DNA of 64,000 bases from Eledone cirrhosa. Lineage: Eukaryota. The stretch covers positions 378,076,001 through 378,140,000 of the forward strand of contig OZ024741.1 of NCBI GenBank assembly GCA_964016885.1. The letters run 5' to 3'. Below, one piece after another: positions 23,579-36,536 of the stretch; the stretch's first letter is position 1; each line of letters begins with the position of its first letter. The translations under genes and the position numbers were made by a program. The notes below the pieces were generated by a model that ran no database searches, was not told the origin of the DNA, and was given only the letters and a program-made list of their open reading frames with translations.

Positions 23579-25847
23579 AAGAATTTATATCTAGTAACAT
23601 ATATATACATACAAATGCATATTGATGCTAGCAAATATATAGGTGTTGTCTTAATTACATTGTGGTTCAATGCATGGTGTTGCAGAACAATAATATAAGA
23701 GACGTAAGATAAAAAAATTATAAAATTAACTTACTTACTAAAATATCACTTCCAACTAATTAGTTTCGGGAATGGAGTAGATACATCTTCCGAAGAATCA
23801 TATGGATAATCATTCCGTCATCAGGAAAGTCTTTTTCCGTATAGGTCTCCAGGCATAGCGAGGACACTGGAAACTTATCAAAAATATAATTCAGTTGAAT
23901 GGAAATAGCGAAGCGTGGACTGGAATCCAAGCCATTGAGAAAATCACTGCCTCTTCGTCTGTGGCAAATTCAAAAAGAATCAATCACGTGACATCGAGGT
24001 CAATCAGGGGAAAGCGAGTGGTTATTAAGACAGCGGCCAGCTTACTACCATAGTAGCAGTCATGGCCAAATATTGCTCGACAAATGAATTTGAAATAATT
24101 ATAAGGAATTTATATCTAGTAACATTTATATACATACATATGCATATCAATGCCAGCAAATATATAGGTTTTGTCTTATTAACAATGTGGTTCAATGCAT
24201 GGGGTTGCAGAACAATAATATGAGAGACATAAAATAAGAAAATTATAAAATTAACTTACTTACTAAAAAATCACTTCCAACTAATTAGTTTCTGGAATGG
24301 AGTAAATATATTTTCCGAAGAATCATATGGATAATCATTCCGTCATCAGGAAAGTCTTTTTTCGTATAGGTCTCCAGGCATAGCGAGGACACTGGAAACT
24401 TATTAAAAAAATAATTCAGTGGAATGGAAATAGCGAAGCGTGGACTGGAATCCAAGCCATTGAGAAAACCACTGCCTCTTCGTCTGTGGCAAATTCAAAA
24501 AGAATCAATCACGTGACATCGAGGTCAATCAGTGGAAAGCGAGTGGTTATTAAGACAGCGGCCAGCTTACTACCATAGTAGCAGTCATGGCCAAATATTG
24601 CTCGACAAATGAATTGGAGATAATTATAAGGAATTTATATCTAGTAACATTTATATACATACAGATGCATATCAATGCCAGCAAATATATAGGTTTTGTC
24701 TTATTAACAATGTGGTTCAATGCATGGGGTTGCAGAACAATAATATGAGAGACATAAAATTAGAAAATTATAAAATTAACTTACTTACTAAAAAATCACT
24801 TCCAACTAATTAGTTTCTGGAATGGAGTAAATATATTTTCCGAAGAATCATATAGAAAATCATTCCGTCATCAGGAAAGTCTTTTGTCGTATAGGTCTCC
24901 AGGCATAGCGAGGACACTGGAAACTTATTAAAAAAATAATTCAGTGGAATTGAAATAGCGAAGCGTGGACTGGAATCCAAGCCATTGAGAAAACCACTGC
25001 CTCTTCGTCTGTGGCAAATTCAAAAAGAATCAATCACGTGACATCGAGGTCAATCAGTGGAAAGCGAGTGGTTATTAAGACAGCGGCCAGCTTACTACCA
25101 TAGTAGCAGTCATGGCCAAATATTGCTCGACAAATGAATTTGAGATAATTATAAGGTATGTCTATCTAGTAACATTTATATACATACAGATGCATATTGA
25201 TGCTAGCAAATATATAGGTTTTGTCTTAATAACATTGTGGTCCAATGCATGGTGTTGCAGAACAATAATATAAGAGACGTAAGATAAGAAAATTATAAAA
25301 TGAACTTACTTACTAAAATATCACTTCCAACTAATTAGTTTCTGGAATGGAGTAGATACATCTTCCGAAGAATCATACAGAAAATCATTCCGTCATCAGG
25401 AAAGTCTTTTTCCGTATAGGTCTCCAGGCATAGCGAGGACACTGGAAACTTATTAAAAAAATAATTCAGTGGAATGGAAATAGCGAAGCGTGGACTGGAA
25501 TCCAAGCCATTGAGAAAATCACTGCCTCTTCGTCTGTGGCAAATAAATATATTTACTCCATATATATATGTGTGTGCGTGTGAGTATGTATGTGTGTGTG
25601 CGTGTGTGTATTAGAAATTGAAGCTTTTACCCTATTTTTTACTAAAGATATTTTAGCATGATAGTGGGGTTAAGAACCTTAATGTACTTAAGGGAAAATA
25701 ATGAGTATGTATGTACATATACGTCAACACCTATTTTGTTCCATTTATTAGAGGCTTTTTAACACCACAATCAGGCTAAAATGCCTTTACTTAGAAATAT
25801 GGCGAAACTTTTATTTCTAATTTCAAACTATCTTGCTGTTTTTAAAC

Positions 25848-25899
<52 letters not shown>

Positions 25900-26420
25900 A
25901 AGAATTTATATCTAGTAACATATATATACATACAAATGCATATTGATGCTAGCAAATATATAGATTTTGTCTTAATAACATTGTGGTTCAATGCATGGTG
26001 TTGCAGAACAATAATATAAGAGTCGTAAGATAAGGAAATTATAAAATTAACTTACTTACTAAAATATCACTTCCAACTAATTAGTTTCTGGAATGGAGTA
26101 GATACATCTTCCGAAGAAGGTGTAGAGAAACATCCCGTCATCAGGAAAGTCAATTCTCATATAAGTTTCCAGGCAAAGCGAGGACACTGGAAGCTTATTA
26201 AAAAATAAATCAGTGAATAGGAAATAGCAAAGCGTGGACTTACTTCCTAGCCATTGAGAAAATCACTGCCTCTGTGTCCGTGGCAAATTCAAAAAGAATC
26301 GAACACGTGACGTCGAGGTCAATCGGTGGAAAGTGGGTTGTTAATAAGACAGCGGCCAGCCTACTACAGTAGCAGCAGTAATGGCCAGTATTGCTCGACA
26401 AATATTTTGGAGATAATAAT
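22832..26420 (+). repeat. Tandem repeat of a ~525-bp unit (6 full or partial copies)
   Basis: The unit start ATAA(G/A)GAATT(C/T)ATATCTAGTAAC or close variants recurs at ~22832, 23577, 24101, 24626, 25151 and 25897. Spacing is 525 bp in the core; two units are interrupted by the same ~320-bp insert. Confidence 0.92.
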
Positions 26421-27444
26421 AAAAAATTTGATATATCCCTCACGTTCCCACTCATTTTGAAATGTAATCACCTCTCAAACGAGAAAGAATGTATAGGAAT
26501 GGCTATATATCTATCCTTATTTATAGTCACAGATTATGCGAAATCTTTTCCAAATGTTCAAAAGAGTGTATGTACATCTTTTTCAAAACATGATTAAGAG
26601 AATACATTTTTTTTTTCATTAAAAAGTTGATTTTCCCATTGATATTCTTGTTTATACTAACAGCAAACAAAAAACACAGAGAATAAGGAATATCTTCGTT
26701 TCGGATGTGGGCCGGGAATTCGTTATTATTGTTGTGGCAGTTCATATCCAAATAATGTGCGTTTGGTTGGCCCCATTTTTTATATATAATACCAAGCCGT
26801 TAATGAGAACGAAACGGTCAGATGCTACAAAGGTTAGGGTTACTAAACTCTGTGTCATTAGACCCAGGCCGAAAACCAGCATGGCATGATGGTGAAGGAT
26901 ATGTGGGCCATGGAAGCCAACGAGATTTATAATAAGTAATGAAAATGATGAAAAGTGCGGTTGAATGCCGCATTAAATAAATGAAGAAAAATGGAATTCG
27001 TAAAAATACTCTCAGAAAATATTCTATGTTCTATACAGAACCACGTTGCGAGCAACTACTTAATACATATGTCTTCAGTTGGAGCTGCGTTAATGTGTGA
27101 TGCAAATGCACGTATAATATAATACTTTGTACTTTTGGCAGAAGGCCAGTAATTTCCCAGGTGCATTACTGGGGTAATTACATTTTATCGAATGAGACGC
27201 AACGCACACGGATGTCCCAACACATTCATGCCTCTGACCACTGTCTAATTATAAACATGACATCTACATCAAAACATTTATATCACAAAAGATGCAAAAA
27301 TTAGCAGAAAAGATATATATGGACCTTCATCTATAAGTGTAGCAATTTCACCGAAATTTGAACGTACGGTTTAAGAGGAGATGTGTGCCGAAGGTTTTAG
27401 TAGACAGACAGACAGACAACCTCAGTTTTATATATATATATATA

Positions 27445-28526
27445 CTAGCAGCTGAGCCCGGTTGCACCCGGGCCATTTTTTATTAAGTTAATAATTTGAA
27501 AAAAAAAATTTTTGAAAGTTTATTATAAAGAAACAGTTTCAGGAAAAAATAGAAATATGCACTTGGGGTGGGACGGCGTACAATTAGAAGTGGAGCGACG
27601 TGAAAAGCGTTGTTTATTGACAGCGAAATGTCGATGATATGCAATTTGAAAAATACTACTTACTGTTAGTGGTGGTTAACATGTATTATAATTAAAATAA
27701 AAACACGCGGCCTTTCTTCGCAATTTAAGGGTTTGGCGATCTTTGGTTTTAGTGTCCTAAATTATCATTATCGACATTCAATTATTAGCTCCACCCACTA
27801 CACGATACGCCACGACACGTCATCATCTGTTGCTGCGGCTTGATTTTTACATGTTCATTTCCTTACATGCTTCATTTTTACACGAAAAAACATTGAATTT
27901 TTAGAATAAATATTTATTAAAATATTAACAGACAAAATTGGATCTTTGATTTATTTTTTGAACAAAATAAATATTTATTTAGAGTTTTTCACGGAAAAAA
28001 AATTGCTGCGAAATACATTTTTAAACAGATTTACAGTTTTTAACAACAGAAAAAAAATGTCTTTAAACAATATATTGTTGCGATATACAGTTTAACAATT
28101 TTTCGAAACATTTACCTTCGTAACGTATCGTGTCGTGGGTGGAGCTAATAATTGAGTGTCGATGATGATAATTTAGGACACTAAGACCAAGTATCGCCAA
28201 GGGTTTTTTTCTTTTGATGGAAAACAGTGACCGTACTGCAGAATTGATTTCATAAAACGGTACTGTATGATCGTTAAATGTAGAAGGATGATGAAATTGT
28301 AAATAAGACAAAAGTATTAGAACAGGGGGCAATAACTCACCGAACGAGATAGTTTTGGGGCCCCAGGGACCACATTTTTCAAGTTAGAGATTTGAAACCT
28401 CGTCTCTTTGCTTCCTTGGCACTTTTTACATAGGTAAATTTTCATGTCAGTCCGGCCACGTCTACTACTATTTAACCGTGCACATTTGAATTTCGACCAC
28501 TGCCCATTTCATAAATATATATTAGA
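27445..28526 (-). mobile_element. Non-autonomous Helitron with internal inverted repeat
   Basis: On the minus strand: 5' A|TCTAATATATATTTATG; 3' CCCGGGTGCAACCGGG hairpin + CTCAGCTG CTAG|T. Internal ~75-bp inverted repeat at 27735-27809 / 28124-28200. Confidence 0.72.
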
Positions 28527-29241
<715 letters not shown>

Positions 29242-29526
29242 TTAATTTTTGCTGGACCGGCAATCGCTCTGTATAATCAGTTCCTGAATATTACTGGAAT
29301 TCTATAATTTTCGGCAGAGGCGGGAGTAGGTTTCTCTGAGGAACACCAACAGTGTGAAACAGAATCTGTCAGCTTCTCTCCCTTCCTTTGCCGAAAAAAG
29401 AAGTAACTACTTTACAATAAGAACGCGAGGACTTCAAAAGTTTTTAATTAAACATACTGTATATTGCCAAATATACTATACATACATTCTTATACACACA
29501 TATATATATATATATATATGCATAAT

Positions 29527-29700
29527 TACAACAGTGACGTATACAGATACTTAAGTTTCGTTGGATTGTGAAGCCCAACTCGTTAAGCTTGTTATAAAAG
29601 CAAAGCTGACCGGAGGACATCTTTGCTTCCATAACAGGCTGAATATGTTGAGGTGCATAACCCAACGAAATTTAAGTACCTGTATATTTGTCACTTGTAA
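29527..29700. repeat. Imperfect fold-back palindrome with a hammerhead-like arm
   Basis: TATACAGATACTTAAGTTTCGTTGG pairs with CCAACGAAATTTAAGTACCTGTATA. Confidence 0.75.
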
Positions 29701-31169
29701 CTCGTCCCATGGAATGAGTGATCTTACCCTTGGATATTTCTAAGCAATTTTACAATTGTACATATATATATAAATATTGATATGGGGCTAACCGACCATG
29801 GATATGTTAAAGGATGACTGGTAAGTATGTCCTAAGGTTACGAATGACAATAGGATATACCTCTAGAAATATCCCATCCCAGGCGCAATCCGGGAAAATG
29901 TTGTTTGTTGAAAACCATCAGTTACCTATTCATAGCAGTCCCACCTCTCTACTCCATCAGTCAATATTTGCTGATAAAACACTAAAGCATAGATCTTTAT
30001 GGTCAATATTTCATTCACAGATGATTATTCTTAATCCTGAAACGTGTTTCAATACATTATTTGGGAGTGACTATAGATGTTAATTTATGTCATTCACTCT
30101 CGATGACTGTAGCTAGACGAATGTATAGAGTGAGTCAGTTAGCTGAGTGTACATTATAGTTAGTGCGAGAGGTGCAGACTAGGGTTTGGAGCAATGGGTG
30201 ACAGGTAGGTTGTATTTAAACAAATATTTTAATGCTTTGTTTGGACAATTTAAGAACAAGTTTTGCGTAGAGCTTAATAAATCGTTCCTAGCCATAACAT
30301 CCAGTAATTCAACCGACCAGTACTCTCACAACCAGTCATCGCCCCTAATAGTTCTTATAAAATCATATGAAGAAAAACGGAATTTTTAATTATGTAAATA
30401 TATGTGTACAAGTTTGTACAAACTTATGAGTTTACGTATGATTCCTTCTAAGGAAATATTGTATCACTGTTTGTATTCATCTAGAGTTTTGTGTTTCGAC
30501 ATAGCCTGGTTATGCACTGTTTAATTGTAGTGAAACCATATCATGTAGTACGTGTTGAAACGCAGCAGTTTACTTCTTGGTTTCCTGCAATTATGCAAAT
30601 ATCAATATTTTACAGAACATTCTTTGAATAATGTTGACAAATAGCTCGTGGAGGTGTATGGCTTCTTTAAGTGTATAAATCATTGTAATAGGTAGTGGAG
30701 CTACTAAATTATATGATCTTTACTCTCAAATGATTATTCCAAATGTCTGACATCAATATATTGCTGTTCAATGCATCATTGTTGAAATATAACCGTGTCA
30801 CTACTGTGAAAGTTTTATTATAAATGTTTCTCTTTATTCGTAGTGTGTGTACTTATGTATATACATATATATCTGTAGGCATGTCTGTCTGTATGCCTGC
30901 CTTTATGTATGTGAGTGTGTATGTATATTTTATATGCTTGTATATGTGTCTAAATCTTTTAAATATTTCTTATTTTAACTCGTGAATAGTTCACATAGTA
31001 CAATGTCTGAAATCCATATCAGCAGACTAAAGAAACAAAAACGAGACCATTTAAATATACATTTATATACACTAATATAAATCCACACACAGACACACAC
31101 ACACGCACACACAAACATACACACACACACACACACAATATATGTATGTATGTATATATATATATATAT

Positions 31170-31839
<670 letters not shown>

Positions 31840-32069
31840 GTATGTGTGTGTGTGTGTATGAGGTTCTCTGTATGTTTATGAATGAGTGTGTGCAATTTAA
31901 GAGACTCATAGACAGGAAATCATTATGAACCGAGAATAATATGCTAAAGGTTTTAAGATATTATTCATAACTTCAAACTGTGTTTGCAGTTATTTTCTGC
32001 GTTTGTGTTTTCGATAATTTATGTGAACTTCCTGACCGGTCAATACTTCGAAGATTTGATTCTATATTT

Positions 32070-32201
<132 letters not shown>

Positions 32202-32311
32202 TATGATATATATAAGCAATGAGTTATTTAATTTGTTGGTTATTCAACAAATTTATTTTATAACACATTAGAATCACTCAGCTGTTTCTTCTGGAGTATA
32301 ATATCAATAGC

Positions 32312-32450
32312 ATTATTAAATCGAAGCTATCTTTATAAAACCATATTTATTTTGTTATATATATTTCAAGTGTACCAACATTTTTGTACACCTGAAATAT
32401 ATATAATAAAATAAATATTCTTTTATAAAGATAGTTTCCATTTATTAATA
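32312..32450. repeat. AT-rich imperfect fold-back palindrome
   Basis: CTATCTTTATAAAA..TATTTATTTTGTTATATATATTTCAAGTGTAC, loop, GTACACCTGAAATATATATAATAAAATAAATA..TTTTATAAAGATAG. Confidence 0.75.
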
Positions 32451-32452
32451 TG

Positions 32453-32532
<80 letters not shown>

Positions 32533-32971
32533 AAAATAACATATTAAAGTTTAAGCAAAGAATCGTTGCTTTCACCCTTAACGGGATCTTCTGAAACTAA
32601 CAAAGTCAATCTGTAAACGCAGAACTGGATATTTAAAAAAACGTTGCAACCGGAGGAAGACAGGAAGACGATACTTTGGTTCGTGGAAACGTTCGTTGGC
32701 AAAGAACGGGAAAAAACGAATATAATACGTCATTAATAGGAGCGGTGAAAAACAATTACGCGCAAAGACAGAACCACGTTTATGGTATAAAAGAGGTTGT
32801 AGACTAAAGTTCTCTTAGGTGGTGCATAGAGACGTTCTCTGGCAATGAACGAAAAAATGAAGATAATACGTCATATGTGGAGCGTGGAGAACAAAGCACG
32901 CAAAGACGAAAAGCAGACAACAAACAGGATTAATTTTGATTTAAAACCTATAATAACCGTGGAACCCAGCA

Positions 32972-34892
32972 TTGCTACCCTTCGAAAATGATGTCTTGGA
33001 ACTCATTCGGAGTATCAAATTTCGGAATAGCAGCAATTCCTTCCAGCAAGACCTGAAGAATAGAATTCTTTCTATTAAGGATTCTAATGCCGTGCACGTC
33101 CATTCCGACAAAACTGGCAACCTATATCAAGTGGAGCGCAGTACTTATCATCAACTACAACATAATGCTGTAACTAAGGATTACCGTAAAACTAATCGGT
33201 GCGTCATCAATGAAATCAACGATGCTGGGTTTAAAATCACATCTGATCTCAACATCCTGGACCGGACCGAACCTCTGGACCCTATTTCTCCCCACTTTAC
33301 CCTGAAGGATCACAAATCCAATTTTCCTAACAACCCCTCTATTAGGCTTATTAACCCTACGAAATCCGATTTAGGTAGACTTAGTAAAACGATTCTTGAT
33401 AGAATTATACCTGAAATTAGAAGTTTGGCCCCTCTTGCACTGTGGAACAATTCCTTCGCGGTGATTGATTGGTTCAACGGCATATGTAACAATGAACATT
33501 GCGTTTTATCCAATTCGACATCAACAATTACTACTCCTCTATCACTTTACCACTTCTCCTTAGAGCTATCAATTTCGCTAAAACACTCAGAGTGGTTAAG
33601 GATTTCGAAGTTGATGTCATCCTCAATGCCCGAAAGTCGGTGATTAATTTCGACGACTCTATTTGGATTAAGAAATCCAATAGTACCCCATTCGACGTGA
33701 GTATGGGCGCCAGTGATTCTGCGGAGGTTACTGATCTTATTGGCCTTTTCTTTCTTTTCTCTATCAAGGACGAATTCCCCAACGCGGGCGGTGGGTTGTA
33801 CCGTGACGATGGTCTTTTGACCATGACTAAGTGCGGACCTCGTGCTTGCGACAGGTTCAGAAAAGAACTCACAGCCTTCTTTAAAGGCTTCAACCTCTCT
33901 ATACAGGTTGAGGCCAATCTCTCGGTCGTTAATTACCTCGAACGTTACCCTCAATTTATTGAATGGGTTGTATTACCCGTATAGAAAGCCGAATGATACG
34001 CTTAATTACATAAGTAAGCATTCTAACCATCCTGCCAGCATAATCAAGAACCTGGTACGAAACGTTTCGTTGAGGCTTTCCCGTCTTTCCACCAACGAGC
34101 GTATTTTCAACGACCATTCCACTTATTACAATGAAGCTCTTGCTCGAAGTGGATTTGTCGATAAGGTAGCATATACAGAGTACGCAAATAGACCTAGAAG
34201 TAATAGACCCCGTCGCATTTGTTGGTATAACCCACCATATGATATGGAGGTGGCCACAGCATTAGCTAAGATCTTTCTTTCCCTTATTACGAAGCATTTT
34301 CCCCCTACACATAATTATAGTAACATTTTTAATAGAAATACTATGAAAATTTCTTGCTCTACGACTCCTAACATTGCACATAACATCACAGCTTCAAATT
34401 TCGCTAAACTGCCTAGTCGTAGGAACACGTGCAACCCTGTAGTTAGTACTATCTGTACTTGTAGGAATAGGGCTGATTGCCCCCTATCCGGGAAATGCCT
34501 CTCTAGCAACATTGTCTACAACTGTAAGGCTGTAACACCCACGTCCCGTAGGGCCTACATAGGGTTAACCGCCAATAGTTTCAAGCAGCGTCTTTACATG
34601 CATACCCATTCTTTTCGTTACCCTCTAAGAAGGAATATGACGTCAAGTAAGCGAAATCTGGAGTCTAAAAGACAACCACACCCAATATAAGTTACACTGG
34701 GAGATCCTAGCTAGGGCTAGATCGTATAACGGAAATAAAAAACCATCTGACCTCTGCGCCGCTGAGGCCCTGGAAATACTCTACGCCACAGACCACATCT
34801 TAAACAAAAAATCTGAGGCAATTTCGGCTTGTAAACATAAATTGCACAAAACTTTCCTGTATTACAGCCCCACGTTATACCCTAAGGGATAG
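32972..34892 (+). pseudogene. PLE reverse transcriptase + GIY-YIG endonuclease, frameshifted
   Basis: DKTGNLY, TLKDHK..RLINPTKSDLG, FDINNYYSSI, MGASDSAEVTDLIGL, GLYRDDGL, PYRKPND, WYNPPY, CTCRNRADCPLSGKCL (CxCx5C), IVY..YIG..FKQR, LNKKSEAISACKHK. Confidence 0.92.
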
Positions 34893-35827
34893 GACGATCT
34901 ATACGTGGATATTTTACGTCTTGATGTGGGAGCTAAGTATGTTTTGTTTAGACCTTTACTTATTTGCATAGGTAAGTATATTTTACCCGTATGTTTTGTG
35001 AAGGTATGTATACCTTCTCGTACGTATATTTGATTGTTATGGCGTATATTTTTATATATTCTGGTACATATGGTTTGGCTATGTGTATACGGGTGTTTTG
35101 CGTCTGTGTGAGTATGCAGGTTCGTAAGTTTGGTGGGTGTGTGTATATGTGTACTTCATGTTTTGGTTGGCTTACGTCTCCGAACATTCGTGTATTTATA
35201 TGTAGGTATGTGTGTGCGCTTGTTATATATGTATTTATTTATTTATATACGTTTATATAATTATTTATTTATTTGTATACACGCATACACACACACACAT
35301 CACACACATATTTATATGTGCGGTTTTTTTTATACCTATGGTAAGTTTTTGCGTATGCTTGTGTATGTACGTATGTGTTTGCGTGTATGTATTTATTTAT
35401 TTCTATTACGTCTGTATTGTATTTATTTACTTTGTTCTTAACTCTGTAGCGGAGATTCATTTGGTCTCCTAGTTAGTATTTTCGTCTACGACATCTGCTA
35501 TACCATTTACGTGGTTTTGTCTTTGCGTGCTTTGTTCTCCACGCTCCACATATGACGTATTATCTTCATTTTTTCGTTCATTGCCAGAGAACGTCTCTAT
35601 GCACCACCTAAGAGAACTTTAGTCTACGACCTCTTTTATACCATAAACGTGGTTCTGTCTTTGCGCGTAATTGTTTTTCACCGCTCCTATTAATGACATA
35701 TTATATTCGTTTTTTCCCTTTCTTTGCCAGCGAACGTTTCCACGAACCAAAGTATCGTCTTCCTGTCTTCCTCCGGTTGCAACATTTTTTTAAATATCCA
35801 GTTCTGGGTTTACAGATTGACTTTGTT

Positions 35828-35878
35828 AGTTTTAGAAGATCCCGTTAAGGGTGAAAGCAGCGATTCTTTGCTTAAACT
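35828..35878 (+). ncRNA. Degenerate type I hammerhead-ribozyme-like motif in the PLE pseudo-LTR (mirror copy 32548-32598, minus strand)
   Basis: AGTTT-(T/C)AGAAGA-TCCC GTTAA GGGT-GAAA-GCA(gcgattctt)TGCT-T-AAACT. Stems I, II and III can all form; the core differs from CUGANGA at U4 (and at C3 in this copy). Confidence 0.55.
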
Positions 35879-35985
35879 TTAATCTGTTATTTTAATAAAT
35901 ATTTGCTCTACGGTTATTATATATTTGATATATATTTATCCTTATCGAGTCCTCTTTGGCTTTTAGTCTTCAAATTTATTATTAT

Positions 35986-36039
<54 letters not shown>

Positions 36040-36042
<3 letters not shown>

Positions 36043-36225
36043 AAAACGTTTAACCCCGACGACAGAGCTCAAGCCGTTTCGACGGCTATTTCTGGAGCAG
36101 AAATAGCCGTCAAAACGTCTTGATCACTGCCTTCGGGGTTAAACTGTTCCTATTATCCACTCTACTACCCTAGGTTTTGAGTACTCTGGTGTGTTATGGT
36201 CCATTTGGTTCCTTAACAAACCTCC
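36040..36225. repeat. Fold-back palindrome of the GAAACGGC..GCCGTC PLE-end family plus tail
   Basis: GGAAAACGTTTAACCCCGACGACAGAGCTCAAGCCGTTTCGACGGCTATTTCTG-GAG-CAGAAATAGCCGTC...GGGGTTAAACTGTTCC; homologous to 20210-20400. Confidence 0.8.
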
Positions 36226-36289
36226 TTCGCTATATATATATATATACATTTGTGTGTGTGCGAGTGTATATATATATATATATATAATT

Positions 36290-36477
36290 GTTTCTACTTT
36301 TGGCACAAGGCCAGCAATTAACCAGTGCATTACTGTTACTTTACTTTATCGACCCCGTAAGGATGAAAGGCAAAGTTACTCTCTGCGGTATTTGAACTCA
36401 GAATAGCAAGGGCTGTAACTCAATGCGTCAAAGCATGGCGTCCGACCCTCTACCGTTACTTCCCATCCACCGCCCTT
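36290..36477 (-). mobile_element. tRNA-derived SINE (family B)
   Basis: Minus strand AGGGCGGTGGATGGGAAG.., B box GAGTTCAAATACC; body shared with 13030-13125. Confidence 0.7.
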
Positions 36478-36536
36478 GTGTGTATGTATATATAATGTAT
36501 ATAATATATATTTATATATATATATATATATATATA

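Larger units (their letters stand above)
32527..35898 (+). mobile_element. Penelope-like element (Naiad-type), 5'-truncated, with ~380-bp inverted pseudo-LTRs
   Basis: RT and GIY-YIG fragments inside. 32527-32907 is the near-identical reverse complement of 35519-35898. The left end abuts (TA)n. Confidence 0.92.

Noticed and set aside
26240-26455. Cys-containing ORFs in the 525-bp repeat (also 31214..31429)
   Set aside because: The frames are interrupted by stops in sibling units and no motif is recognisable.
32527-35898. DNA transposon with long TIRs
   Set aside because: The interior encodes RT and GIY-YIG, not a DDE transposase; the inverted repeats are Penelope pseudo-LTRs.
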